64,000 nucleotides of DNA. Source: Chrysomallon squamiferum. Lineage: Eukaryota > Animalia > Mollusca. The notes below the pieces were generated by a model. It searched no databases, was not told the origin of the DNA, and saw only the letters and a program-made list of their open reading frames with translations. Within the stretch, counting starts at the first letter, position 1; every line of letters begins with the position of its first letter. The stretch is taken from the NCBI GenBank assembly GCA_012295275.1, contig CM022672.1, positions 3,162,001-3,226,000 on the forward strand, in the 5' to 3' direction. The translations under genes and the position numbers were made by a program. Shown here in pieces: positions 14,666-28,261 of the stretch.

Positions 14666-15162
14666 CCTTCCAACAGACTACACTATAGAAAATTAATTTA
14701 TTATCATAATGTTGTCTGAAACAAGATACAAAACAAAATAACGATTTTAAAACAATGGTGTTTTTTTTTTTTTTTCCGGTATCGTTTTGCCTTTAATCAT
14801 GACAAGTTTGATCATTGAGAAATGTCAGTGAGTGTTTGAACACAGATTTGTAGGGATTAACAGTGCTGTTGTTTTCACATGACCCCTGACCCCCTGACAA
14901 ATACAGCTGCCTTCACAGTGGTGACGTTACCCTGATCTCCACTTGTAACATGTCTTGGTGGTGTTCTTGTACATACGTGTTGTTTGCGGCACTTTACTGT
15001 ATTGCGGCACTTTATATCAACAGTATGTATATATGTGTGTATATGCATACCTATCTTGGAATCAGGATTTGTTGTTTGTTTCACTACTTAGTAAAACATA
15101 TCCCTGTTCTTTGATTTTTATATTTTATTTGATATGGCCCCCATGTGTGTGTTTATTTGATG

Positions 15163-15199
<37 letters not shown>

Positions 15200-18100
15200 A
15201 AGTTTTTACAGTATATAATTTTATGCTTTAAACTATGGATAAAAACGTAACTCATAATTGGTGAATGGTGGAATACAGATTATGTTAGTTTGGATTTAAT
15301 TTTTATTAAAATTTTTTTTTAAATTAAACATTTTTTTTTTATTACAGTTAGACTGTTTTATTACGTAATGACAAATACAAAGTTATAACTGTCTGTTTAA
15401 GTAAAACAGAAATAACAGAGAGACAGACAGACAGACTATAGCATTTCACAAATTTAGCACTAGCTTGAGGAGTTGTTCACTGTGGCACTGTGTAAATCAT
15501 AAGGTATAGGTAATGGCTTTTTTAATATTACTTTTTTCTTTTTTTTTAATGGCATTTTACAGTACAATGCTGAAGATTTGGTTTATGTATTTATTTGTAG
15601 CACTTGCTGCTGTTTCTAACTAATGTCTAGAATACTACAATAGAGCTTGTTATTTGATGATTTTTGTGGGGTTGCTTTTAGCTGGATATATTTCATTTGA
15701 ACATAATCTTTTATAAACAGTCTGCTACTTCTATTTATGCAGTAACAGTTAGTATATCAGACTTCGAGGACTGTTTTAATATAAAAAGAAAGACATAATA
15801 AATCACCATTGCCAGTTGGAGAAACAAAATTCATGTTTGTTTTTAATTTGGTTCAGAAAACTTGTTATATGCAAGTCGGTAATTATTTGTCCATAAACAT
15901 TTTAAATTTTTTTTTAAACAATTTTGTTTTTGTGTTGAAAGATTAAATCTGAATATAGTTAAATATTTACATTCAGCTTGTTCAGCTTTGCCTGAAGGGG
16001 ATTAAACTGAAAATGTATATACCAGTAGATATTGTTTATATCTGTGACTAACTTGTACAACTCATGGTGGAAATGGTGCAGCTCCCTTCCCAAATTTGGG
16101 CCAAACTGTTGGGTACATATGGACAAAGCAAGAAGATACCAGTACTTCTGTTTTTAATCTCTGGATAATCTCAGGGAAATCAGTCCCTTTGTATAAAATA
16201 TCCCTGTGTTCCTATGACTGCTCTGAAAATATATATACCAAATGTATATGACAAAAATATTGATACCAACTATTTAATTGCAGTTAGAAGACTCTAAAAA
16301 TCTATCCCAGAAGTACATGAAAATGTTTTACAGTTAATATTCAGTTTTGATGCATTCACCAAAACGATATGTAAGCTAATGACTATTAATTTTTAATGTT
16401 CAATTACAAACTGCATACACTAGACAGTTATGTAAAATCTCTACAATTAATATTCAGTTACGACAGCTCTCTATAAATATACACCACTAGATACCAAAAA
16501 TCTGCACAGTAAATATTTTGTTACAACTGTAGCAGCATTCGTCACAAACAAATTAAATGTTTTTATCTCACACATCATTTCGGCTCTTTCCACACAACAA
16601 AGAAGGACCAACAAAAAACAAACAACAAAGGTCAAAGCTGGCATTTTTGGCTTCATTGCCAACATTTTGTCAATAAAATCATGTTTAATGTCACCCACCA
16701 GCAGAAATTTATCATCGTCCTGGTAAAGGACATGAGAAAAGTCTCTCTCCGAGTGAAAAACAGCGTGGGCTGGGATGTTTGCTCAGAAAATGTGTTTCCT
16801 CCATTTCTTGTCATCTCATGCCTTATGACATGTGGATTAGAGCAGCAGTTTAGGAGCCACAGCGTATAGACTCTTCATTCCGATTTGTTTGTTTCTCAAG
16901 CAAATTAACTCACAAAGAAACTTTTAGTCCCATTTAAAAACACTGTTCAAGGAATCACAGTAATTTGTAAATTTGATGAGAACAATTTTTGTAAAATATT
17001 GTTTCTCTTAGACTAAGTTGTTGCCTTTTTTTTTAGTTTCGTCGCGGTTTTAATTAAATGACTAATTGCTTGGGGTTTTATTATTATTATTATTTTATTT
17101 TATTTTATTAAATGACTAATTAGGGTATTTTAGAAATATGGTTTAAAATTTTGATTTTAAAAACATGAAAAAAAATTACCTTGTCATGTTCACCATGTGT
17201 ATAATGATCTTTATCAGTATATATAAAATGTGTAAACCACAATAAAAATTAAATTATTTTATATTGAAATTTACCTGCTTTAAATTGCATTTTGTTTTCT
17301 ATTGCAAATTCTGTTTTTATTATTTTTTAAATATATCTGTGATAAATATATTTTTAATCTTTTTGAGAATACTTTTCCTTTAAAGTATTTGTGTGCAAAC
17401 ATTATTGTTTCTATTTCACTATTTTTAAAAACAAAATTGTTTTATTTATAGCTGTTATCGAGATATATTTTGTTACACACATGTTTCTCTTTTAAATAGC
17501 ATCTTGCATAATTTCTTTTGCTTTAAATTATATTTTATATGTGTTTATTATAATTGTTTTCTGTAACACTAAATAATTTAGCAGTAAGAAACCACTTCAG
17601 CTGTTAGTTTTAAAAATGCAAAACATGAAAATCTTTTTCAAATCAATCACTGCATGACACTTTAAAATTAATTTCTTTTTGTTCTAAACCATCGTTCTTT
17701 GAAACAAAGATCCATTCCAATCATTAACACCAGAAATTTAATTTAATTTCTTTATTTGCCTTTGGTCCTAGAAAAAAAGAAGAAAAAGCTTTTGAATATT
17801 TTTTTCTAATTAATATTTTGAAGAAAGAAAGAAAAAAAAAGAAGGTAATAAACTAGATATCCCTTTACGTGAAGTGAGTGGGCAAATTGACAATGGAGTC
17901 AAATGAAGGTAATTTGATTGGCCTTTAATACAAGGACAATGGCAGATATCATCACTTAGAGACGCAGGAAGGGCACTGATTGATAAATTAGCCCCAACAA
18001 CTTGTGATACATCATCATCAGCAGTGTACCTCGGAGACTCTCAAATGTTTTCCTTGGACTGGAGATAATTTCATTAAGTGGTCAGTAGCAGGCATGCACA

Positions 18101-20202
18101 TGAAACGCCATCACCTTACACCCCTCTGGAAGCCTGTCCCCGACATGGTTACACCCTGCGTATGCACACACCCCTGTCACGAATACACCCTTTAGAGGCA
18201 CGTCCCAGGACATATGTTCATCCCTGCAAGCAGGGGAGATCGAATCTTCAACACTGCGTCCCATGGGACAACGTTTATTGGCTTAAACTGAGCAGTTCCT
18301 GTCTCGAAGGCAGGCAGCGAGATTACAGCAATTGCTTGCAGTTTATTTTGCAGTCTCCTCAACCGAGATGGCATGGACACCAAACAGAGTGGCTAATATT
18401 GTTCTTTTCTTTCTTTTTTTTAAAAAGAAAATTGGTTAATTACTGACAACGAGAGATGCTTGGGAGCATGTACAGGGCTAGAAGTCAATTTGTAATAATC
18501 TCTGTGGATTTCGCATTGTTTCCTTGTCTCACAGGAAGATTTGGCTAAATCTCTTGATTGCTGTCGTCTGTCCAACCAATCATTGAGGGAGGGGAAAAAA
18601 ATTGAACCGTTTGTTAGAAGAAGAAGAAAAAAATCTTTTGTTTTAGTATCTTGGGGCACTCATATTTATTTAATTTACCCAAGGAAGATATTAATAATGC
18701 ACATGGTTCTGTCGTTGTTACTTGGATTATAATTACATTCTTTGTGCACTTCTTTCTTCTTCTGGCCCATTTCTTCTTTTCACTGTTTATATCAGAAATA
18801 TACATTCACTGTGTTTGAAACTAGTTAAAATAGCTATTTTCTTTAATTAATTTACATGTAATATAAGACCTATAAAAATGTTTTTTAAAATTCAAAAATT
18901 TATTTGTATTGTATCATAATAGGAAATTTGATTAACTTTATTTAATCTAATGCTTTTTTTCTTCAGTTTTTTAAAGTAATAATATTCTTAAAATGTCTTA
19001 GAAATAAATGTATAATATATCAGCTGAAGTTTGATTAAATATACTTTCTACAGTGTATTTGAACACTCTTTTTCAAAACGTCTTTAAAAATGGAGAAGTT
19101 ACTGTAACCTTAAGTATTAGAAATACAAGGGGTTTTTTTTCTTTTTCTTCTCCTTTTTTCTTTTTTTTTAATTTTTTTTCTTTCTTTTCTTTGTCTTGTC
19201 TTTTCTCATGCTTTTCTTCTTTTTTATACATATTTTTAAAAAATTTCTTTTAAGTTTAAACTACCAAAGGAAATAAAATAGTGTTGAAAAGTTAAATTCT
19301 GATAGATCTAAGTTTGTGTCTCAGATGACATCAATTAATTTCAGTCTTCTTAAACCTTGTTCAGTTAAGTCATTTATTTTATCTGTGAAAGAATAAAACA
19401 AACCTTGTACAGTTTTTTATTTTGTTTTCTTCAATTTCCATTCTAATGTTTTGATATATATACATCTATGTATGTGTGTTTTTGTGTGTGTGTGTGTGTG
19501 TTTGTCTGTGTGTTTGTCTGTGTGTGCGTCTAATTGATTAACCTAAACATTTATTTTTGACTACTTGTATCGAATTTTTAAAACATGACAAATTTAATAA
19601 TAAAATAAAATTGATAACTTTTTAAACAATAATAATAATAATAAAAAAAACCTTTTATCTTTAAAATGTATTTAGTTTTTATTATCTTGCACATCATTTC
19701 TTGTTTTCAACCAATTTCTATCTTAATTCTCAAATGTCCATTTAAAGACCCATTAATCTGAACATTTTGTCTCCGCTGGTTATAGTTTGTTTGTAAGGTC
19801 ATCAGTGGGGTTCTGACCCCAGACCAGGTCAGTTGACCCTTCACAAGGAAACTTGCCAGGTCCTAGCTGACCATCTGCTGACAACCAGAGTGTCCACTGT
19901 TGTCCACTGTAATTAAATGAGATCCAGTTGCAGAAATGGACTTCTGCAGGGTAGTGATTAGGAAGGTTAATGGATTAGCCAGAATCATAATAATGTAGTT
20001 GTTAAGCTACTTGTCAATGTACTGAATTTTAGTAAGTGTGTAAGTGTGTGTCTTTCACATCTATATATATATATATATATATATAAACAATCTGTCTGTT
20101 GTCTATCTTTGGTATTATAAATCTTTGCATGCACCTGCATGCACATACAAAAACAAAACACATAAAATACATTTTAGAACAGAGTAGCTGTATATGTGTG
20201 TG

Positions 20203-20257
<55 letters not shown>

Positions 20258-20405
20258 ATCTTTTTTTATAATACCAAAGATAAACAACAGACAGATTGTA
20301 TATATATATGTGTGTGTGTGTGTGTGTGAATACACACAGACACACACACACACTTATTAAAACTCATTATGCTGCAGTTGACAAGTTCCTTCCTAACTAC
20401 ATTAC

Positions 20406-20444
<39 letters not shown>

Positions 20445-21252
20445 TGCATAAAGATATGTTTATTAACTTTACATGTGTGTATATCTAACTGACTTTCTCT
20501 ATCAGGAAAGATTGAATGATGACTGATAACCATCATATTCACCTGACACACAGTTTTACTTATTTTAAAAAACTAAATGAAAGAAAACAGAAACTCTCTT
20601 TTATCTTAGAGTCGCTTTAAAATTGATCAAGTGTCCATCATCAAAGGCATGTCAAGTGCATGTGAAGAAATACTTACATTTACAAAATTAAGACATCTTA
20701 GATAGGTGAGTGTATATATATATATATATATATCATATATATATATATACTTTTATTTTTTATATTGCATCTAAGATCACATCTGCAGGTTGTCAGGGTA
20801 ACATATGATGCATTTAAAACAGACTAATTTTGTTTTTCATGTGAAAAAAACATACCCAAAACCCTCGTAAATAAAGAAGTGAACTTGGTTGGGAATGTTT
20901 ACATTTCTTGTTCAGTCTGACACACAACAGAACACTGTTTGAAACAGTGCGTTGATGTAAGTGTGCCGGTTTTTTTCAGTTGAATCTGGATCCATAGTAA
21001 ACAATAATACACATATTACTTTACTAAGTGTCATAGACAGAACTGGGGAGTTTTTTAAACGAAGATTATACACAGATAACAGGCACTGATTATCAAGCTG
21101 TGGAAAGATGGTGGTGTATGTTAATTATGGTGGATGTTGCCTTCAGGAGGAAACTAATTTGTTAATATAAAAAAAAAAAAAAAATAAAAAATAAAAAAAA
21201 ATTAGGTTTGAATATACTGAAGTGAGTGTTCCTGAATCTGTGAAAGAAATTA

Positions 21253-21301
<49 letters not shown>

Positions 21302-22214
21302 GGTAGGAGTTTTAAAGATTATTTAAAAAAAAAACCACACCATATCTTCTGATTTCACATCTTCTGGAAAAAGGAAATTTACAGATTTTTAAAATGTATT
21401 TGTTGTTATCTTTTACATACATAGATGCAGTCACGTATACACAAACACATGCACACACTAAAGCACCCATTTCTGCTTCTAGAAACATATCACAGCAAGT
21501 TCTAACACCTGGAACTGGTCAGTGCTTCATGCTAAGTGACCCATGGTCAGTGTGGGAAAATGACAATTGTCTGGAAACAATTAGTTACCATTTCACATAA
21601 AATACCTCCCTGTCGTTTAACAACATATGTTCCTCTCTTTTTTTCTTTCACTTTACAACTTCTTTTTTCATTGCCACTGCTTGACCAGCAAAATGTTTTT
21701 TTTAAAAATTTCAGTAAAACATACCAGAAACATTTGATTGATTGCTTATGCCTAAATTATGGCTGTTTGAAACAACTACTACATAGATTTAACCAAAAGT
21801 TCTGACAGACTGAAGAATTACTTGCGAAATTTAGCAGTCAGCTTCCCATGTTTTGTCACATATTTAGTGAAAAGAGAGAATGTTTTCGCTTTGACAGGGT
21901 GGGTTACCTGTCAGCTGGGTATGGCAGACTCTACAATGTGGTCATTGTGCACACTGGACAGTGTGGCATTCTGAAATAGTATATGTGTACATGTATGTTC
22001 ACATAGGAAATGACTGGTTCCTGTCTTAGGATATCACCTTTATTCTGTGAAGATGAGAATTCTGAGCTGCACTGGGCCATTCAACCTGAGTAAGATACCT
22101 TAAGACAGTTTTATCCTGCAATCCTTAATAAAAATAAAAAACTTTTATTTCTCAACAGTAGTTTTTACTCCATTGTTTTTACATCAATATTCTAAACATA
22201 TTATAGTACCCACA

Positions 22215-23485
22215 GTTTGAAAACAGTCTGTAGCTTCATAAATATCATAACTTCTAAAACAGTCTGTATCTTCTTTAATATTATATAGCTTCTACAACAG
22301 TCTGTGTCTTCTTTAATATCACATAGCTTCTACAACAGTCTGTATCTTCTTTAATATCACATAGCTTCTACAACAGTCTGTATCTTCTTTTATATCACAG
22401 TCTGTATCTTCTTTAAAACAGTCTGTATCTTCTTTAATATATAGCTTCTACAACAGTATGTATCTTCTTTAATATCACATAGCTTCTACATCAGTCTGTA
22501 TCTTCTTTAATATATAGCTTCTACAACAGTCTGTATCTTCTTTAATATCACATAGCTTCTAAAACAGTCTGTATCTTCTTTAATATTATATAGCTTCTAC
22601 AACAGTCTGTGTCTTCTTTAATATCACATAGCTTCTACAACAGTCTGTATCTTCTTTAATATCACATAGCTTCTACAACAGTCTGTATCTTCTTTAATAT
22701 CACATAGCTTCTACAACAGTCTGTATCTTTTTTAATATATAGCTTCTACAACAGTCTGTATCTTCTTTAATATATAGCTTCTACAACAGTCTGTATCTTC
22801 TTTAATATCACATAGCTTCTACAACAGTCTGTATCTTCTTTAATATCACATAGCTTCTACAACAGTCTGTATCTTCTTTAATATCACATAGCTTCTACAA
22901 CAGTCTGTATCTTCTTTAATATCACATAGCTTCTACAACGGTCTGTATCTTCTTTAATATCACATAGCTTCTACAACGGTCTGTATCTTCTTTAATATCA
23001 CATAGCTTCTACAACAGTCTGTATCTTCTTTAATATCAGATAGCTTCTACAACAGTCTGTATCTTCTTTAATATCACATAGCTTCTACAACAGTCTGTAT
23101 CTTCTTTAATATCAGATAGCTTCTACAACAGTCTGTATCTTCTTTAATATCAGATAGCTTCTACAACAGTATGTATCTTCTTTAATATCACATAGCTTCT
23201 ACAACAGTATGTATCTTCTTTAATATCACATAGCTTCTACAACAGTCTGTATCTTCTTTAATATCACATAGCTTCTACAACAGTCTGTATCTTCTTTAAT
23301 ATCACATAGCTTCTACAACAGTCTGTATCTTCTTTAATATCACATAGCTTCTACAACAGTCTGTATCTTCTTTAATATCAGATAGCTTCTACAACAGTCT
23401 GTATCTTCTTTAATATCACATAGCTTCTACAACAGTCTGTATCTTCTTTAATATCACATAGCTTCTACAACAGTCTGTAGCTTCT
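22215..23485. repeat. 38-bp tandem minisatellite, roughly 30 copies
   Basis: Unit ACAACAGTCTGTATCTTCTTTAATATCACATAGCTTCT; period 38 checked (22801 vs 22839); some 35-bp deletion variants; no spacers. Confidence 0.95.
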
Positions 23486-24314
23486 TCTTCCAGTATATAA
23501 CTGCTATGACATTTTATGCAGTATTATTTCAACAAGCATCTTTTCTTATATAAACACCCTATAGTTTAATATCTTGCAGCTTTTAAAATATCCTGCTGTT
23601 TTTAAAACCCTGTAGTTTCTGTAATAACACAGACTTCTAACAACACCCAGCAGTCTCCAAGATGTCACTATACAAATATTTGTTTTCTTCTTCACATTGT
23701 TTTAAATGTCTGCTCCACTCTTAAGTTTCTTAGTGTGTTGGTCATGTTTAGTCATCTGTAAGAAATAGAACTTGAGACACAGAGAACGTGGGCTTTGGAT
23801 TAACATTAAAACTGTTTATTTAAAATTATTTGTTAACATGTCTGACATGAATTTTTTTGTTGGGATTTTTTGAGTGTTTTTTTTTTTTTTTTTTTTTTTT
23901 TTTTTGGTTTGTTGTTGGCTCCTGTTGCCTTCCATATGACAACAATTCTCAAAGAATCCCATTTGTGTCCACACTCAGTACATTTCTGTTTTCATTTAAC
24001 TCGAGGTTTTTGTTTTGAGAATTTTCAAGAGTAGAAAAGGTTACAAAGTGGAAAGGCTTATAATGACTGTAGACTGGATTCATAAAAGAAAAGTGCCTCA
24101 TTTTCTAATTTCTTTTACAACCATAACTGAAAGAGATTGATGAACTTGCACCTTGCGTTTATAAGCAATATGTAAAAAAGCAGCTGTTTCTGTTGTTGTT
24201 GAGCATGGAGGTGATTTGTTTTCTTCCTTTTAAAATGTTATTTCCCATTCCAGACCTTATAATGTTTAATTATGATCATATAACAGTTGTGTATGATGTC
24301 AGCATGGTGTAATC

Positions 24315-24499
<185 letters not shown>

Positions 24500-25214
24500 T
24501 ATGCTGGTGGATGTAGAGATAAAAGGTATGTACACCAACACTTGCTAATTCAAAATAAATAATAATTAAACAAGTTCTATTCTCAAGCCAGAAATTGTGG
24601 GTTTTTTTCATTTTTTCTATTTTAATTTTAATTTTATTTTTAGTATTAGAATTATTAGTACTGTTTTCCATAGCTACAACAGCTTTAACTATTGAATTAT
24701 CTGAAATGAATCCGTCCTATTTAACGTTTCACATTTTTCTCAGACATAAAAACAACATTATCACTCATCAGTTAGACTGTTCTGCTATCTCTTTTTATTA
24801 CTATTATTATTATATTTTTTTTTTTTCAACTCACACTTGTTTCTCAGTCTGTTAGCACAAGAAATGTCAGCTATTTAGGAATCTTCCCCACTAACTAGAC
24901 AGATGAGGAATGCGATGCTCAAGTAACATTATGTGACATACAGCGCAGCTATTTGAGGCCAGGCTGAAATATATAAATAACCTTTAATAACAGAGAAAGA
25001 TGAAGATCCTTTTGACAAAAGCTTAACTTCTGCCACTAACCTCTTATCAGAGTGATCTCCCTTATCAGCTGCTGACTCACCACAGTCTACTGTTTCTGCT
25101 TATGCAATTAGGGTGGAGACTGTCTTGTTTTATTTTCAGAACATTTCATCATGGGGCAGAAACTCTGGCAAGACGAAGGTTGTCTTAGTTTTGCACATGG
25201 ACCTGGCAGCACAA

Positions 25215-25500
25215 GTCATTATATCTGTTACATTACACTAGTTATTATATCTGTTACGTTACACTAGTTATTATATCTGTTACATTACACTAGTTATTAT
25301 ATCTGTTACGTTACACTATTTATTATATCTGTTACGTTACACTAGTTATTGTATCTGTTATGTTACACTAGTTATTGTATCTGTTATGTTACGCTAGTCA
25401 TTGTATCTGTTATGTTACACTAGTTATTATATCTGTTATGTTACACTAGTCATTATATCTGTTATGTTACACTAGTTATTATATCTTGTTATGTTACACT
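25215..25500. repeat. 26-bp tandem minisatellite, about 11 copies
   Basis: Unit TTATATCTGTTAC(A/G)TTACACTAGTTA; period 26 (25221 vs 25247). Confidence 0.93.
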
Positions 25501-25757
25501 ATCATTTTTTAACTAATTTTTGGAAATATATTTTTATATTTTTTTGTTATTACATCAGCTGTATTTGTGTAAGCTCTCTGCTAGACAGTTCTGATTTTTC
25601 TTCCTGTATTTTTATCTTCTTGGTTTTCACTTAGTTTTTTTATGAAAATGTTTGTACGATGTGTCAAATAAATGGTATTTCCTTGTTTTCCATGACTGTT
25701 TTGGTTTAAAAATGGATGTATGTTTTAAAAAAATGACTTTTGCTGATTACTTGGAAT

Positions 25758-25820
<63 letters not shown>

Positions 25821-26384
25821 AACTACAAAAAAATATTGCTGATGTATTATTTTGTGTTTGGTATTCAATAATTAATTATTATTTTTATTTTTTTCTGTTG
25901 TGAGATATTTATAAGCATTCATTTCTTAGTTGACTTATTTGGTGTACTAATAATTTAATTTCTTTTGACTTAATTATTAAAAAAAAATTTATTTGTGGTT
26001 GTAGTAGTGGTTGTAATTCTGGTTTTATTTGCTTTTTAGTATGTTGGGTTTTTGTATGCATTTGTGTATATGTGTTATGTATGTATGTATGTATGTATGT
26101 ATGTGTATCTGTGTCTGTTGATCTGTGTGCATCTGTTTGTCTGTCACTCTGTTTGTATCTCTCTTTCTCTGTGTATGTTTGTGTGTGTTATTTTTATTCA
26201 TTTTTAATATTTCCATAAGATCAAGATGTATTATAAAGGTTTGAAGGATACAGAAAAAAATAAAAGGCCAAATTACTATATGTGAACATTTCACAAAAGT
26301 GTCTGCATGCAAAATGTATGTGTGTGTGTAATACAGAATTAATAATCTTTTTATTTAAAAAAAACCCCCCATTAATATATGTAT

Positions 26385-26665
26385 TTTATGTACAACTGGT
26401 TTATCTTTTGTTGTCTATGGGTAGGCACATATAGAGAATCATTTGATGCTAAATAAAGAAAAGAGACTAGCCCATTATGTTACCTGTCTTATCTGTGTAA
26501 TATTTGTATGTGATATCATATAACTTTTGTAGCTGCCTGGATGATTCTTTTATGTAATACCATTTAATATTTCTAGATGTCTGTATGGTCCTTTTAAAGA
26601 CACAGGTTTAATCCCTTTTATAACTGTGGATTAAATGTGTTCATTAATAAAATGTTTCTTCCTTC
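26385..26665 (+). mobile_element. Degenerate SINE copy, same family as 14465..14665
   Basis: Same motif order: GCACATATAGAGAATCATTTGATGCTAA..AAGAG.TAGCCCAT..TCTGTATGGTCCTT..TATAAC..AAATGTGTT..TAATAAAATGTTTCTTCCTTC. Confidence 0.45.
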
Positions 26666-28191
26666 ACTGTGTTTGTAACAATGTCTTCTAGACATCACTA
26701 TGTGTGGGAAAAGTGTAACAACATTGAAGGTGTATTTTATTTGTATAACAGGGTGAGGGAGTTGACACAGTTGATGATGGTTTGGTATCCATGAAGTTGA
26801 TTATTAAAGAGGCGATGTAGTGAAAACAAGAAAAGTTATTGTATCCTGGAAATCAGATTATGCTGATAGTCTCAGAGCTGGGGTGAAGTTTTGTTTAGAG
26901 ACAGAGGGATTTTTAATCTGTGGAAAAATATTTATATATTTTTAAACAAAACAATATATATATATATATATATATCTATATATAACTGATAAATTCAGTC
27001 ATTTTGTATATCCATTCATCATACGTTTTTCTGTCTCATATATATATATATGTATCTGTGTGTGTGTGTGTGTGTGTTAGACTATTTATTTATTTACTGA
27101 ATACATTTAAATTTAGCAGTGACATTAGTTCACTCCAGCCATTTTTTCTATTAACAGAATCACTTTTTTTCTTTCTTGTTTTTTCCATAATATTATTGCT
27201 GTTGTTGTTATTGTTGTATTAGCTCAATCCCATTTAATCAATGTTTATAGTACATTCTAATATTTAAAAATTAATTAATTTATGTTACTATTTTTGGGGG
27301 AAGTGGTGTTTAATACATTAGGGAAAATATTTTCAATTTGGTTTTTAAATCTAATTTGAAAAAGAAACAAATATGTAATAAAATAATTAAAAATTGAAAA
27401 CTTAGACCAAATTGGTGGGGTAAACTTTAAATAATTTTTTTTTTTTAAATGAATTTAAAAAATTAATAAAGTATCAAAAAAATTATAATTTCAAACTAAA
27501 TTTTAATAAATAAGATTTATTACAACTGTTACTATCCCCAATTGAATTTAATAATGACAACAATCCCTAATATATATATACATATAATAAAATCTTTAAA
27601 AAAGCCAACATAAGCAAAAACCAACATACTATAAAACCCAAATAAAACCGACACAAAATGCCTGCATGCACACACACACACACTAAAACAAATATATAAT
27701 AAAAATACTACAAAAAACAAGAAGAAGAAGAAATGCACAAACAATAAAGAAGAGATAAAAACAAAACAACCAACAACAGCAGCAGCGAAATAATTAAATG
27801 AACCCTCAAGAAACACAGAGACAATGAAAAATGATTTGGTTGCCTCCCAGAACCAGTCCAAGCGTTGTAATCAACTACACTGGTGCATGAGCCAACAACA
27901 GTATGACAGTGTGACTGGCTTGTAATCACTTGCTTGCTTGTGTTACTCAATTCTTGGCAATTGAGAAATGTTTTGTCTTCTGAGAGATATATCCAGTGCA
28001 GACTGCGGCCGTCTTTCAGTCCTTCTGTCAGAACATCAGTTAATACTCTCCTCCGTTCTGTTGTTTCAATCTGGATTTCGCTTCTAGTCATTCGTTCAGA
28101 GTTTAAATGTTTTAGTCTTGCTTGAGTTGATGGGAATTTGAAGACTGCAAGGGAGATAGGAGGGAGGAAGGGATCCAGATATACAGCCGGA

Positions 28192-28261
<70 letters not shown>

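Noticed and set aside
18078-18446. 122-aa ORF as a nested gene in IMP3 intron 2
   Set aside because: No recognisable domain, non-ATG start, no convincing flanking splice sites.
22215-23485. CRISPR-like array (38-bp periodic repeat)
   Set aside because: Units are directly adjacent with no unique spacers, there are no cas genes, and the context is a eukaryotic intron; it is a minisatellite.
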